A stretch of DNA of 52,456 nucleotides. It comes from Octopus bimaculoides (Eukaryota). The notes under the pieces are model-generated. The model made no database searches, had not been told where the DNA came from, and worked only from the letters and a program-made list of their open reading frames with translations. The stretch is from assembly GCF_001194135.2 (NCBI RefSeq), contig NC_069000.1, positions 13,580,069 to 13,632,524 on the forward strand, in the 5' to 3' direction. This document shows positions 1 through 10,080 of this stretch, one piece after another. Made by a program: the position numbers and the translations under genes. The first letter of the stretch is position 1. Each line of letters starts with the position of its first letter.

Positions 1-32
<32 letters not shown>

Positions 33-40
33 ATAGCAGC

Positions 41-78
<38 letters not shown>

Positions 79-105
79 CAGCAGTAATAGTAGTAGTAGT
101 AGTAA

Positions 106-138
<33 letters not shown>

Positions 139-153
139 AAGTAGCAGTATTAA

Positions 154-186
<33 letters not shown>

Positions 187-402
187 CAGCAACAGCAGTA
201 ATAGTAGTAGTAGTAGTAGTAGTAGTAGCAGTAGTAGTAGTAGTAGTAGTAGCAGCAGTAGTAATAGTAGTAGTAGTAGCAGCAGCAGCAGTAGTAATAG
301 TAGTAATAGCAGCAGTAGCAGCAGCAGTAGCAGTAGCAGCAGCAGTAGTAGTAGTAGTAGTAGAAGTAGTAGTAGTAGTAGAAGTAGTAGCTGCAGCAGC
401 AG
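1..402. repeat. Compound (TAG/CAG)n microsatellite
   Basis: Direct inspection. Confidence 0.98.
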
Positions 403-1104
403 TGGTAACAGAGGTGATTTCGTTGACCTTTGGTGAACGTTACGATGTTATACGATTCAGTCTGTGAAACAGCAATGTTGAGACATCACCAGTATCGTTA
501 TCATCACTACCAACAACACCTCCACCAACACCACCATCACCGCCACCACCACCACCAACAACACTATTAATATCACCGCTACCATCTCTACCACTGTTAA
601 CAATGGCCATCACTGGCACTAAGAAGCTGTGATAACATACAGACCAACGTTGTCATTTTTCAATGTCTGTAGAGTTCACGCATCGCTGCCCACTGGCTGA
701 GCATGAGAAGAAAAGTAAATACAGCCAATCAATCTAAAAATAATGTTCTATTAAATACGGTAACGTGATTCAGTGAACTGATGATGTAAGGCTTTGATGA
801 CTATTACAAGATTGCTACACTCAAAAGAGACATGGATAATATTAATAAATGCGATCGATTCAAAATGGCGTCCATTAAAAATTTATCGCTTTTTTTTCTT
901 GTGTGTGTGCGTATATTGGTTGTTACTCTGTTTTGGCGCTTCGTAACATCGTTTTCTACAATAACAGAAGATTCATTGTTAACTTTGATATAGTTTGATA
1001 TATATGGGGTTGGGATATATTTGTTGCTGTAACTGTTGAGACGAACCTCCAGTAAATAGGTTCAACAAAACACATTTTAGGGTATATTGTTTCTATTTCG
1101 TTGT

Positions 1105-1484
1105 TTATTTGTTTCAGTAATTGGGGTTGCGGCCATTCTGAAGCACGGCCTTGAAGGGTTTTCAGTCGAAGCAAATTGACCCCAGTACACTTTCTTCTTT
1201 TTCGTTTTTGCTTTTTTTTTTTTTCGTTACTTTTTCTCTCAGCCCCTTTTGCCACACCGCTAAATTACAGGATGTAAAGTAAGCAACACAGACACATGCG
1301 CGCACACACACACACGGTAGGTTTCTATACACTTTCCACCTCTACCAGTTTTGTTCAGAACACATTTGTCGGCCCGAGACTAAGGTAGAAAAGACTTCCT
1401 CGAAATACCACGAAGTGGAACTGAACCTGAAACCACGGGATTGCAAAGCGAGTTTCTTAAACACACACCCATGTCTGCGCCTAT
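1105..1484 (-). mobile_element. SINE family A, diverged copy
   Basis: Collinear similarity to 3159-3565. Confidence 0.7.
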
Positions 1485-1899
1485 GATACCTAATTTAATT
1501 GCATATATTGATTTCTATTCAACCGAACGACTTCTCGCAACATCAGTGAATGTTTTATTTATTTTTTTCCTACATTAGAGACGACGAACTCTCGTCCGAG
1601 CTTGTGCCTGGCTGTGAGTATGTGCCATTGAAAATGTCCAAAATGGTCAAAATACATCTGATGTTCTCGTTGGCTACTGCCGGATGAATTTTTGCCTTGT
1701 TCTAATATTTATTGATTTTAACGCAGTACATCCATAATAGATGTTATATCAGAAAAACAACGATAGTAACAGGCCAACTGACAATGTATATACAATAAGT
1801 ATGATACGTTGATGGTTATAGTAAAACAGAAATCTAATTTGCGAACTAGCACTCGGTTTTTACTTATCTTCTAAGTTCTTAAAATCTAAGACAACACCA

Positions 1900-2260
1900 G
1901 GCAAACAAAAGTACATAGAAGGCAGGCGCTATCAATTACTGAAGAGCGAACAAAAAGAAACGATATCATACTTGATGATGCGAGATGCTTTAACAGATAA
2001 AGTGAAAACGACAGCAATAGAAACAAGTGTTGAACGTTTGACCAAAAAGCTTCCAAGAGAAAGAATCACATCGATTCTCTCATAAGAGAACCAGCACTGG
2101 AACAGAGAGCGCCGAGGCTGCAATACCGAGCGCAAAAGATTTCACTGTACAGCCCACGGCCCATCCGTGTTGAAATTATTTAAACTCTACATCAACTCAG
2201 GAAAAGGAAATCTGAGATTCCATCTGCAGTCCTGGATGAACAATTTCACGTTGGACTGAA
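1900..2260 (+). mobile_element. Possible very old CR1 RT C-terminal relic
   Basis: TEERTKRNDII (compare TLEERR.R.DLI), HGP and VLDEQ remnants; weak. Confidence 0.25.
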
Positions 2261-2519
2261 ATTGTTTAAAGCTGCTTTCACTGCAGCTACTACTACTACT
2301 ACTACTACTACTTCAACTTTACTTTTTTTAAATGGCTTAGTCAACTATCTTCATGCCAGCGTGTGCATTAATAAGTAGGCAATAAGGATAAAAACAAGAT
2401 CAAGAGGGACGAGTTACGATACAGGGAAATAACTTGGATTAACAAAAGTAGAGTTATGTACCATACTGTCGGCGCTTCAAATGAACATTTTGCATTCCTT
2501 TTGATTTGCTCATTAATAT

Positions 2520-2700
2520 TTATAGGGGAAAGACTGACTTTGTGATCTTGCTCGATTAATCGTTTTTAGTCTCATGAAATCTGGCCAAATGAGGTTTATT
2601 TTTCAACATAGTCTCCCCTGCTATTCACACATTTCGTCCATCGATGTTGCAGTGCTTGGATCCCATTAGTGGTCCTGTTGGTCAAAAATCTCATCAACAA
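2520..2700 (-). mobile_element. Mariner transposase 3' end relic
   Basis: Minus strand translates GIQALQHRWTKCVNSRGDYVEK*, the typical mariner C-terminus. Confidence 0.65.
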
Positions 2701-2705
2701 CAAAT

Positions 2706-2875
2706 ATGACGTCACCATCACTGAGTATGCAGCCACAACCAGTGCCACCAAATTTCAAGCAGGGGTATAACCAAAGTTTTCCATTAAGATTTGTAATTAA
2801 ATCAATGAGTAAAATTAATATTTATAATAAATTTGAAATTCCAGGTGTGCAGTGCACACCTGGAATATACACCTT
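2706..2875 (+). repeat. Unclassified dispersed repeat with internal hairpin; paralogous to 12165-12625 (inverted)
   Basis: caagcaggggtataaccaaagttttccaTTAAgatttgtaattaaa matches both flanks of the piggyBac MITE; contains the hairpin attccaggtgtgca-g-tgcacacctggaat. Confidence 0.7.
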
Positions 2876-3158
2876 TGGTTATAATAGTAAAAAGTGACAC
2901 ACCTACAGCATCAGTGGAATATCATAACAACAATAGTGTGTTGTAATAAGAATGGTATCTTGTAACAGTGATATGTAATAGTAACAGTATGGAAAGACAA
3001 TGGTGCTACTTTGGTATGTGATCTAAGTGTAAGGAAACTGCTTTGGTACGTGATCTACATTTAATATTGTTATCTACAAGAAAAATTATACTCATCAAGA
3101 ACAAGGAAAACACCAAATTTGCTTCATTCTAATTTATTTTTAATAATAAATGTATAAA

Positions 3159-3565
3159 CTCTTTACTCTCTTTTACTTGTTTCAGTCATTTGACTGCAGC
3201 CATGCTGGAGCACCGCCTTTAGTCAAGCAAATCGACCCCAGGACTTATTCTTTGGAAGCCTAGTACTTATTCTATCGGTCTCTTTTTGCCGAACCACTAG
3301 ATTACAGGAACGTAAACACACCAGCATCGGTTGTCAAGCGATGTTCGGGGGGGGGGGGACAAACACAGACACACAAACATATATACACACATACATATAT
3401 ACGACAGGCTTCTTTCAGTTTCCGTCTACCAAATCCACTCACAAGGCTTTGGTCGGCCCAAGGCTATAGTAGGAGACACTTGCCCAAGACGCCATGCAGT
3501 GGGACTGAACCCAGAACCATGTGGTTGGTAAGCAAGCTACTTACCACACAGCCACTTCTGCGCCT
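3159..3565 (-). mobile_element. SINE family A (tRNA head plus CORE-like domain; OR-like)
   Basis: Head ggcgcagaagtggctgtgtggtaag, CORE-like ttgggcaagtgtc, imperfect TSD ataaa(g)tgtataaa. Confidence 0.85.
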
Positions 3566-4431
3566 ATAAAGTGTATAAAAATTTTAATTCTCTATTTTCA
3601 ACTTTTCTAGCTGCAATCCCATGGTCATTGATGACCGTAGGGGTCTTTACCTTTCTAATGTATAATATTGTGTTCTAAAAGTACTATATCATAAGACCAG
3701 TGGAATATTAATATTTTACAGTAATAGCAGTATGTTGTAGTAATAATGATTTATTACAGTAATTGTAAAAGTAACGGTATCTTATAACAGTGCTGTGTTG
3801 ATCTCTTGTTCTGTAACAGTTGCTACATAGTATTTAAACTATATTCAGATGGCTAGAATAAAGGTTACAGATATAAATAAGAGAGAAAATATGCACAAGT
3901 AATACACAAGTTTGTCTGTGACCCCAACATTTCAGCAGTTTTCATCAACATATAATGGATTATGGTATTGCAATAATGGTTTTGTACTGTAATGGTATTG
4001 TATTGTATTGTAAATTGTAATGGTATTGTAATGAGACATACTAGCAGGGAATTCTGTGGGTTTGGATTTCTGATCATTTGCTCATGTGTCCACCCAACAC
4101 AACCATTATGATATGCCCTTCAGGAATATATATATAACACTCTTTGACTCAGTCTGCTTGACTGACAACAGCTTCCACACTTACTTCATAGTTCAGTGGT
4201 TAACAACAGCAAAGCTTCTTGTGTCTTGAGGTGTCCTGGCATCTCATCACCACCATCTCTATCTTCTCCCTAGCTACTCCCACCCCTCCTTATATAGTGT
4301 GGGGTAGCCATGCATCTCTTTACTATAACAAGACAACTGTGCTTGTACCGCTATCACACTTCAACCTCCTTACAGCTGGCATAAGGCCACCTCCCCACCT
4401 TTCAAATATTCCCCACTCTTATTGAGAGGGG

Positions 4432-4464
<33 letters not shown>

Positions 4465-4832
4465 ATTTTTCCTGTTTTCCCATTCTTTACTTGACTTGTA
4501 AGTTACTTGGTGACTTTTGGAGGGCCAGTCATATGAAAAAGCACCTGGAACACACTGTAATGTGATTGGCATTGAGAAGGGCATCCAGCCATAGAAATTA
4601 TGCGAAAAGCTGACACTAGAGATCAGCACAGCCCTACAGCAAACCAGGTTCTGTCAAACCATCCAACCTATGCCACCATGGGAAACAGATGCGATTATAT
4701 ATAAATAACCGTTAAATTAAAGTATTTGAAAGGATTTATGATAACTTCTGAGAAGCCATTTAGAAAATAAAATCCAACAATAACATCATAGGAATAATGA
4801 TAAACATTTGTGTTACCATTATTACAAACACT

Positions 4833-5690
4833 TTAATCTGCAGATGTAGTAATAGTAACTGATAAAGGTTTCAAGCATATTGGGCATTCCCCAAACACCA
4901 TATTGTAACTATAACGACTAGATGGTAGAGTTTTTAACCATTCATAGAGGCATGACTGATGATATGGTTGACCACACTGGGCACTTTCACACACTTTACA
5001 TGGCAGTTCCATGCCAAGTCGATATGAATAACAAATACCGCATTCCCCAAGAAATTCTTCCTTCTTCGTGAAAGCCGGAGAAGGAAAATCAATCTCCAGT
5101 AAATTTTCAAGATTCTGAAGAACATTTATACCCATGTCCCATTTCTGGAGATTCGCGTTTAGATTTTTCTTAAGTGGATCGACCACGCTCTCAGCGCCAA
5201 TGAAGTGACACTGAACGAAGTTCTGGGGTTCGTCAGGATCAAATATTACCTGGAGAGATGAATTTGGACTTAACGCTATTCTTCGAAACGTAGCACTATA
5301 TGTAGGCTTCTCGGGTTCCAGAACCCATGTTTTTTGGTCAATTTCTTCCATAGCATTCCAGAACATCTGATAAGACTGGATAACTCTTTCAAACTGGGCG
5401 TAAAGATCAAACAGTTTACTGTTTGGATTCCAGGTGTATTTAAACATTTTTGGAAGGTCAGTAACACAGGTAGGTTGTACCCGAGGGTGTTCAGCATGAA
5501 GTTGTATCTTCAATATATGAGTGCGCCCTTCTTCGTCTTGCTTGCTGAGATGCAGTTTTTTAAAAGCAGGACCAATGTAAACCAATTTATCCCAGCCAAG
5601 TTGCTTCAACTCATTAAGCAATCGATTCGGTACTCGGAAAAATTGTTCTGATGATCTGTTAGGTTTTTCAACAACTTTTTCAAGAAGAAC
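4833..5690 (-). CDS. FANCL: FANCL coding exon 2 (285 aa + stop): DRWD/URD domain and C-terminal RING
   Basis: Translation VLLEK...GWDKLVY...IDQKTWVLEPEKP...CGICYSY...C..CGQPYHQSCLYEWL...FGECPIC closely resembles vertebrate FANCL. Polypyrimidine tract and ttgcAG acceptor at 5692-5691, phase 0; TAA at 4835-4833. Confidence 0.96.
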   Translation of the reverse strand, partial: VLLEKVVEKPNRSSEQFFRVPNRLLNELKQLGWDKLVYIGPAFKKLHLSKQDEEGRTHILKIQLHAEHPRVQPTCVTDLPKMFKYTWNPNSKLFDLYAQFERVIQSYQMFWNAMEEIDQKTWVLEPEKPTYSATFRRIALSPNSSLQVIFDPDEPQNFVQCHFIGAESVVDPLKKNLNANLQKWDMGINVLQNLENLLEIDFPSPAFTKKEEFLGECGICYSYRLGMELPCKVCESAQCGQPYHQSCLYEWLKTLPSSRYSYNMVFGECPICLKPLSVTITTSAD

Positions 5691-6199
5691 CTGCAAGAAA
5701 AAAAAAAAAAAACAATTTCCAATTAAATTCTTTCTACAATACATTCATTTATCTCAATATCATTCTCATAAATTTGTAGGCTTAAGCTAGTAGACTTGGT
5801 ACATCAAATCTCTTCAGCCAAGCCCTCATCGACTTTTTCAAGTTCCACTTTAAAAGGAAAGTGAGAGTAGAGAGAGAAGTTCTGCCCTTCATTAAATTTG
5901 TTGAAAGGTGGGTGAATGTGGTAAGGATGGCTCTGAACTTTCGTTTGTAAACCAGAGGAGTTGAGGAGAGAGGCGCCTACTGAGGTGCATCTGACGGTTA
6001 GAATAACCAGACTGTGTGGAGTTCCTCAGTTGTCCCTGTGAAGAACTCCCTACCTTTCGGGAATTTTTATTATTTGTTTTGTTTATTGTTATTGTTATTC
6101 GCTGTATATACGGCATTGTTCAAAACCCCACTGTAAATAGTGAGTCCAACAACAGATGTCTTTTATGTCATCAGCAACAGAATATATTCAAAATATATA

Positions 6200-6850
6200 T
6201 ATATCATCATCATCATCATCATCCTTTAACGTCCGCTTTCCATGCTAGCATCGGTTGGACGATTTGACTGAGGACTGGTGCAACCGGATGGCTACACCAG
6301 GCTCCAATCTAATTTGGCAGAGTTTCTACAGCTGGATGCCCTTCCTAACGCCAACCACTCAGAGAGTGTAGTGGGTGCTTTTACGTGTCACCCGCACGAA
6401 AACGGCCACGCTCGAAATGGTGTCTTTTATGTGCCATTACCCTTTTACTTGTTTCAGTCATTTGACTGTGGTCATGCTGGAGCACTACCTTTAGTCAAAG
6501 AAATCAATCCCAGGACTTATTCTTTGTAAGCCTAGTACTTATTCTATCGGTCTCTTTTGCTGAACCGCTAAGTTACAGGAACGTAAACACACCAGCATCG
6601 GTTCTCAAGCGATGTTGGGGGGACAAACACAGACACAAACATATACATACACATACATATATATATACATATATATATATACGACGGGCTTCTTTCAGTT
6701 TCCATCCACCAAATCGACTCGCAAGGCTTTGGTCAACCTGAGGCTATAGTAGAAAACACTTGCCCAAGCTGCCATGCAGTGGGACTGAACCTGGAACAAT
6801 GTGGTTGGGAGGGAAGCTTCTTGCCACACAACTACACAGCCACACCTGTG
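6200..6850 (-). mobile_element. SINE family A joined to an RTE-type tail ending in (GAT)n, inside the FANCL intron
   Basis: 6441-6850 matches family A; 6200-6440 carries aggaagggcatccagctgtagaaa and a microsatellite tail. Confidence 0.8.
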
Positions 6851-7024
6851 ACTTTATTCATTTAATTACAATAAAGGTTACAGATATATAGAAGAGAGGA
6901 AATGCATGACAGTACTTACCCATGCTTGCTCATCACTCTAACATCTCAGCAGTTTTCTTGAATGTGAGAGAGAATATGGTGATATTATACATAATAATTA
7001 TTTTATTAGAATAATTACTGAGGC

Positions 7025-7383
7025 AATGTAGCCAATCTTAGTGTCACGTAACTGGCACAAAAAGCACCTTTCAATCGTTGAGCATTACAGAGGCATTGAC
7101 AAATGAGCGAGACCCTTAGGGATATGCTGGGCTTGAGAAGAAGACCCATCAAGCCAACTGAAATCATAGGCATGGCCGGGGTCGTGTAAATGGCACCTGT
7201 ACCAGTGGCACATTAAAGCACTCATTACACTCTGTAAAATGGTTGGTATTAGGAAGGGCATCCAGCCGTAGAAAACCATGCCGAATCAGACTGGAGTCTG
7301 GTGCAGCCTTCCAGCATGCCAGCTCTGGCCAAACAGCCCAACCCATGCCAGCATCGATAACAGACGTTAAAAGATGATGAATG
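7025..7383 (+). mobile_element. RTE-tailed SINE/LINE 3' fragment in the FANCL intron (a related relic lies at 4500-4690)
   Basis: aggaagggcatccagccgtagaaa...ccatgccagcat...gacgttaaaagatgatga; inverted relative to 6200-6440. Confidence 0.7.
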
Positions 7384-7428
7384 AAGGTAGCTAGTGTAAC
7401 ATGTAAAAAAAAGATGGTTTAAACATAC

Positions 7429-7677
7429 TTTCAATTCCTGTAGAAAAGCTGTAACATTTGGGCACTGACTGAGACGCTGTTTGATCAATGGTTGGTGCTC
7501 AATTAAAAGATAGTAAAGATCAGGCTGAAACTTTATCTCAGCTTCCTGGAGAGAACCATCAGGGGGTAGTGTGAGAGACATGCGGAAATTCTGATTCATA
7601 ACACCGATATAACCATCGTAGAATGTGCCTCCTTTGTTCATACAAACCATCTGCGGACATACTTCCCACAAATCCAT
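7429..7677 (-). CDS. FANCL: FANCL coding exon 1 (83 aa): N-terminal ELF domain
   Basis: MDLWEVCPQMV...YDGYI...F.M.L.LP...FLQELK resembles the FANCL N-terminus. It ends AAA|GTATGT (donor 7428-7427), phase 0, and joins exon 2 as ELK|VLLE (human ELKMLLE). Total 368 aa. Confidence 0.92.
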
Positions 7678-7689
7678 TACACAGCATCC

Positions 7690-7715
7690 CTAGTAAAAAA
7701 AAAAAAAAACAAAAC
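7690..7715 (-). promoter_or_regulatory. Splice acceptor 12 nt upstream of the FANCL ATG, implying an upstream (probably non-coding) exon
   Basis: Minus strand reads tttctgttttgttttt...ttttactAG|ggatgctgtgtaATG. Confidence 0.65.
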
Positions 7716-7889
7716 AGAAAGCGAGTGTACGAGTGTGTGTGTTCCTACGCATTCATGTGCACACTTACACACACACAGATAGAATTTTAAAAATGGTTAT
7801 ATAAAACGTTATACAGGGTAAAAANNNNNNNNNNACACACACACACACACTTTATGGTCAAAAGACCGGATTTTATCTAAAACTTAAGC

Positions 7890-8158
7890 GGTAATCTTCA
7901 AGTTTAGGGGGATAAAAAAATAAATAAAAATATTCAAGGGAAAAAGCTGAACGACTTACCAGTATTATCCGTTTTCTTCTAGCTGTTTATAAATAAATCA
8001 CACCCTAACCCTAATCCTAACCCTAACCCTAACGTCAATCAAATCACGTGTGTGATTTATTTATAAACAGAGATGTACGGAGAATACTGGTAAGACGTTC
8101 AGTTACTTCCCTTGAATTTTTTTTTTTTTTTTTTACCCCCCTAAACTTGAAGATTACC
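7890..8158. mobile_element. Foldback MITE 1, Merlin-like (GG...CC ends, 8-bp TSD), with telomere-type repeat core
   Basis: Ends GGTAATCTTCAAG / CTTGAAGATTACC; exact TSD ACTTAAGC at 7882-7889 and 8159-8166; imperfect arms of about 110 bp; five CCCTAA-type hexamers at 8003-8032. The superfamily is inferred from termini and TSD only. Confidence 0.8.
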
Positions 8159-8279
8159 ACTTAAGCTTCCTACAAAAGCTTTCTCTTTTGCCAAAGTTAT
8201 TGTATACGTATGCAGTGTTTTACTATTAAGATGACAACAGCAAAGCGCTAAACATATATATATACATACACGTATTAAA

Positions 8280-8435
8280 CTAATACAAATTTGTTAAGAG
8301 TTTTCTCTTCCCTGTTGTTTTGTTTCTGTGCTCGTTGTCTTCGTAAGGTTGCGAAGGTACAGAATACACACACTAGGTGTTTAGGATTAGGGTTACGCCG
8401 AAAACGGGTGGTGTGCGTACTCTTTACTTCCGCTA
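8280..8435 (-). promoter_or_regulatory. Possible FANCL promoter / first non-coding exon
   Basis: Locally CpG-rich. The minus strand has ETS-like GCGGAAGT and E2F-like TTTTCGGCG about 0.75 kb upstream of the ATG. Motifs only. Confidence 0.25.
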
Positions 8436-9684
8436 CACACAGCCACACACATGTGTGTATGTATACACGTACACACAAACACAAGTAGTGTTAGAAAGTA
8501 ATATAAATTGTATATATACAAAAAGAGTGGAAAAGACTTATATCAATCAAATACAACTTTATGTAAACAGAGTTATCGATGTTCCTATGATATCAAATCA
8601 TTATATTATTAATAGGATGAACTACTTAACCAATTAGAAACCAGAGGTTGAGTTTGTTATCTTGATTTACAATAAAAAAAGAAATAATAATTATGAGAAG
8701 CAACTTACACAAGTTCTTTCAACACAAATGTCCGTAATGCTATTTCCCGCGAAACTATAAATGAAGGGAGATTACTGGTATGACAATAACAAGTTATTTC
8801 CCTTTGACAAGTAATGCCAACAACTGGAATAAAAACTGCTTGTAAGCAATTCTTAAAAGTAAAATAATTTGACGGAAAAGAAAAAGGCCTAAATTTTCAG
8901 AAAGAATTCTCTAACGAAAAATTCCACTCAAAACTTTAGATTTTTTTCCTCTTTCGAGCTTTGCATTGAATTTCTTATTCAACAGACTTTTTTTTTTCAA
9001 TGGAATATTAGCACTTGTTGTTTTTTGTTGTTGTTGTTGTTTTTTGAATGACCATAAGGACTTTATTCTCCAGACAGCATGAAGCACAAAATTAAAACAT
9101 GGAAAATATTTCGTAGAGCTACATTCGATTCCCTGCCGAAGCTGCTCACTTAACTTATAATAATCTCTATTTCTTTCTTTTTCTTTTTTGTTTGTTTTTT
9201 TGGGGGGTGGGTGGGTGCTTTTGTTGTTTTTGTTGTTGTTTTTCTTACCGATTAGTGAAAGCGGGAAAGGAAGCTCTCTAAATGTATGTTAAGAACATCT
9301 GAAAGGATGGAAGTAAGGAATTAAGTCATCCCCCAAATCGGAGAAAGATTTAGAAAGGATGAAGTTATCCTCATAATGAAGACCTGACAAAGGCATCAAA
9401 AGACCAGTTCGTAGTGTTAGGCTGGGCAACGAATCACTTCCAATGGACCAAGCCCAAAGAGTGCAAAGAGCCGGAAGAAATACCATAAGACATCTCATTC
9501 GACGCCCAAACGGTTCAGCTTAATCATTTTTACTGTATATATTGCCCTTGATCTTTACAAATTCTCCTGTCGTCCACCATAGACTCGCAGACAGACACTG
9601 ATTCGCCAAATATCAATGGCCCAAGCCTTAGCTTAATATTAAATATAAATTAAATAAATGCCATTAGTAAAGGTCGGCGTGCTA

Positions 9685-9855
9685 ACGATTCTTTTCTACT
9701 CTAGGCACAAGGCTCGAAATTTGGGGGGACGGGCCAGTTGATTAGATCGACCCAGTATGCAACTGGTACTTAATTTAATCGACCCCGAAAGGATGAAAGG
9801 CAAAGTCGACCTTGGTGACATTTGAACTAACGATTCTAGCAGTTCGCCGCCTTCT
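9685..9855 (-). mobile_element. SINE family B, internally deleted
   Basis: Head and body joined with the middle of the tRNA part missing. Confidence 0.75.
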
Positions 9856-10080
9856 TTGTAACTCTAATAACTTTTGATGTTAATTTTCTACTTAAAAATC
9901 CGGACCGAGCTAGATTCAAAAGCTTGTTATTTGGTCTAGATCAGAGCTCGCCAACCTGAAGCTCGCGATCAGCTTGATACTTTCTTGAAATGGATTTATC
10001 TACACAAACGTCTTTTTTTTAAATTATATAGAAAATTAAAGGTTGTAATAAAAAGTAAAATAAAGAAAGATACTACTGTT

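Noticed and set aside
1579-2005. Neuropeptide-like precursor made by splicing 1579-1613 to 1891 (contains RR and KR sites)
   Set aside because: It needs a weak acceptor, and the downstream peptide resembles a CR1 RT relic.
5691-5744. N-terminal MYCRKNLIGNCFFFFFLQ of the 303-aa ORF, and the C-terminal 59 aa of ORF 7249-7677
   Set aside because: Intronic read-through beyond the splice sites; homology stops at the junctions.
8003-8032. Chromosome end or telomere fusion scar
   Set aside because: Only five hexamers, enclosed within an element bounded by TIRs and TSDs.
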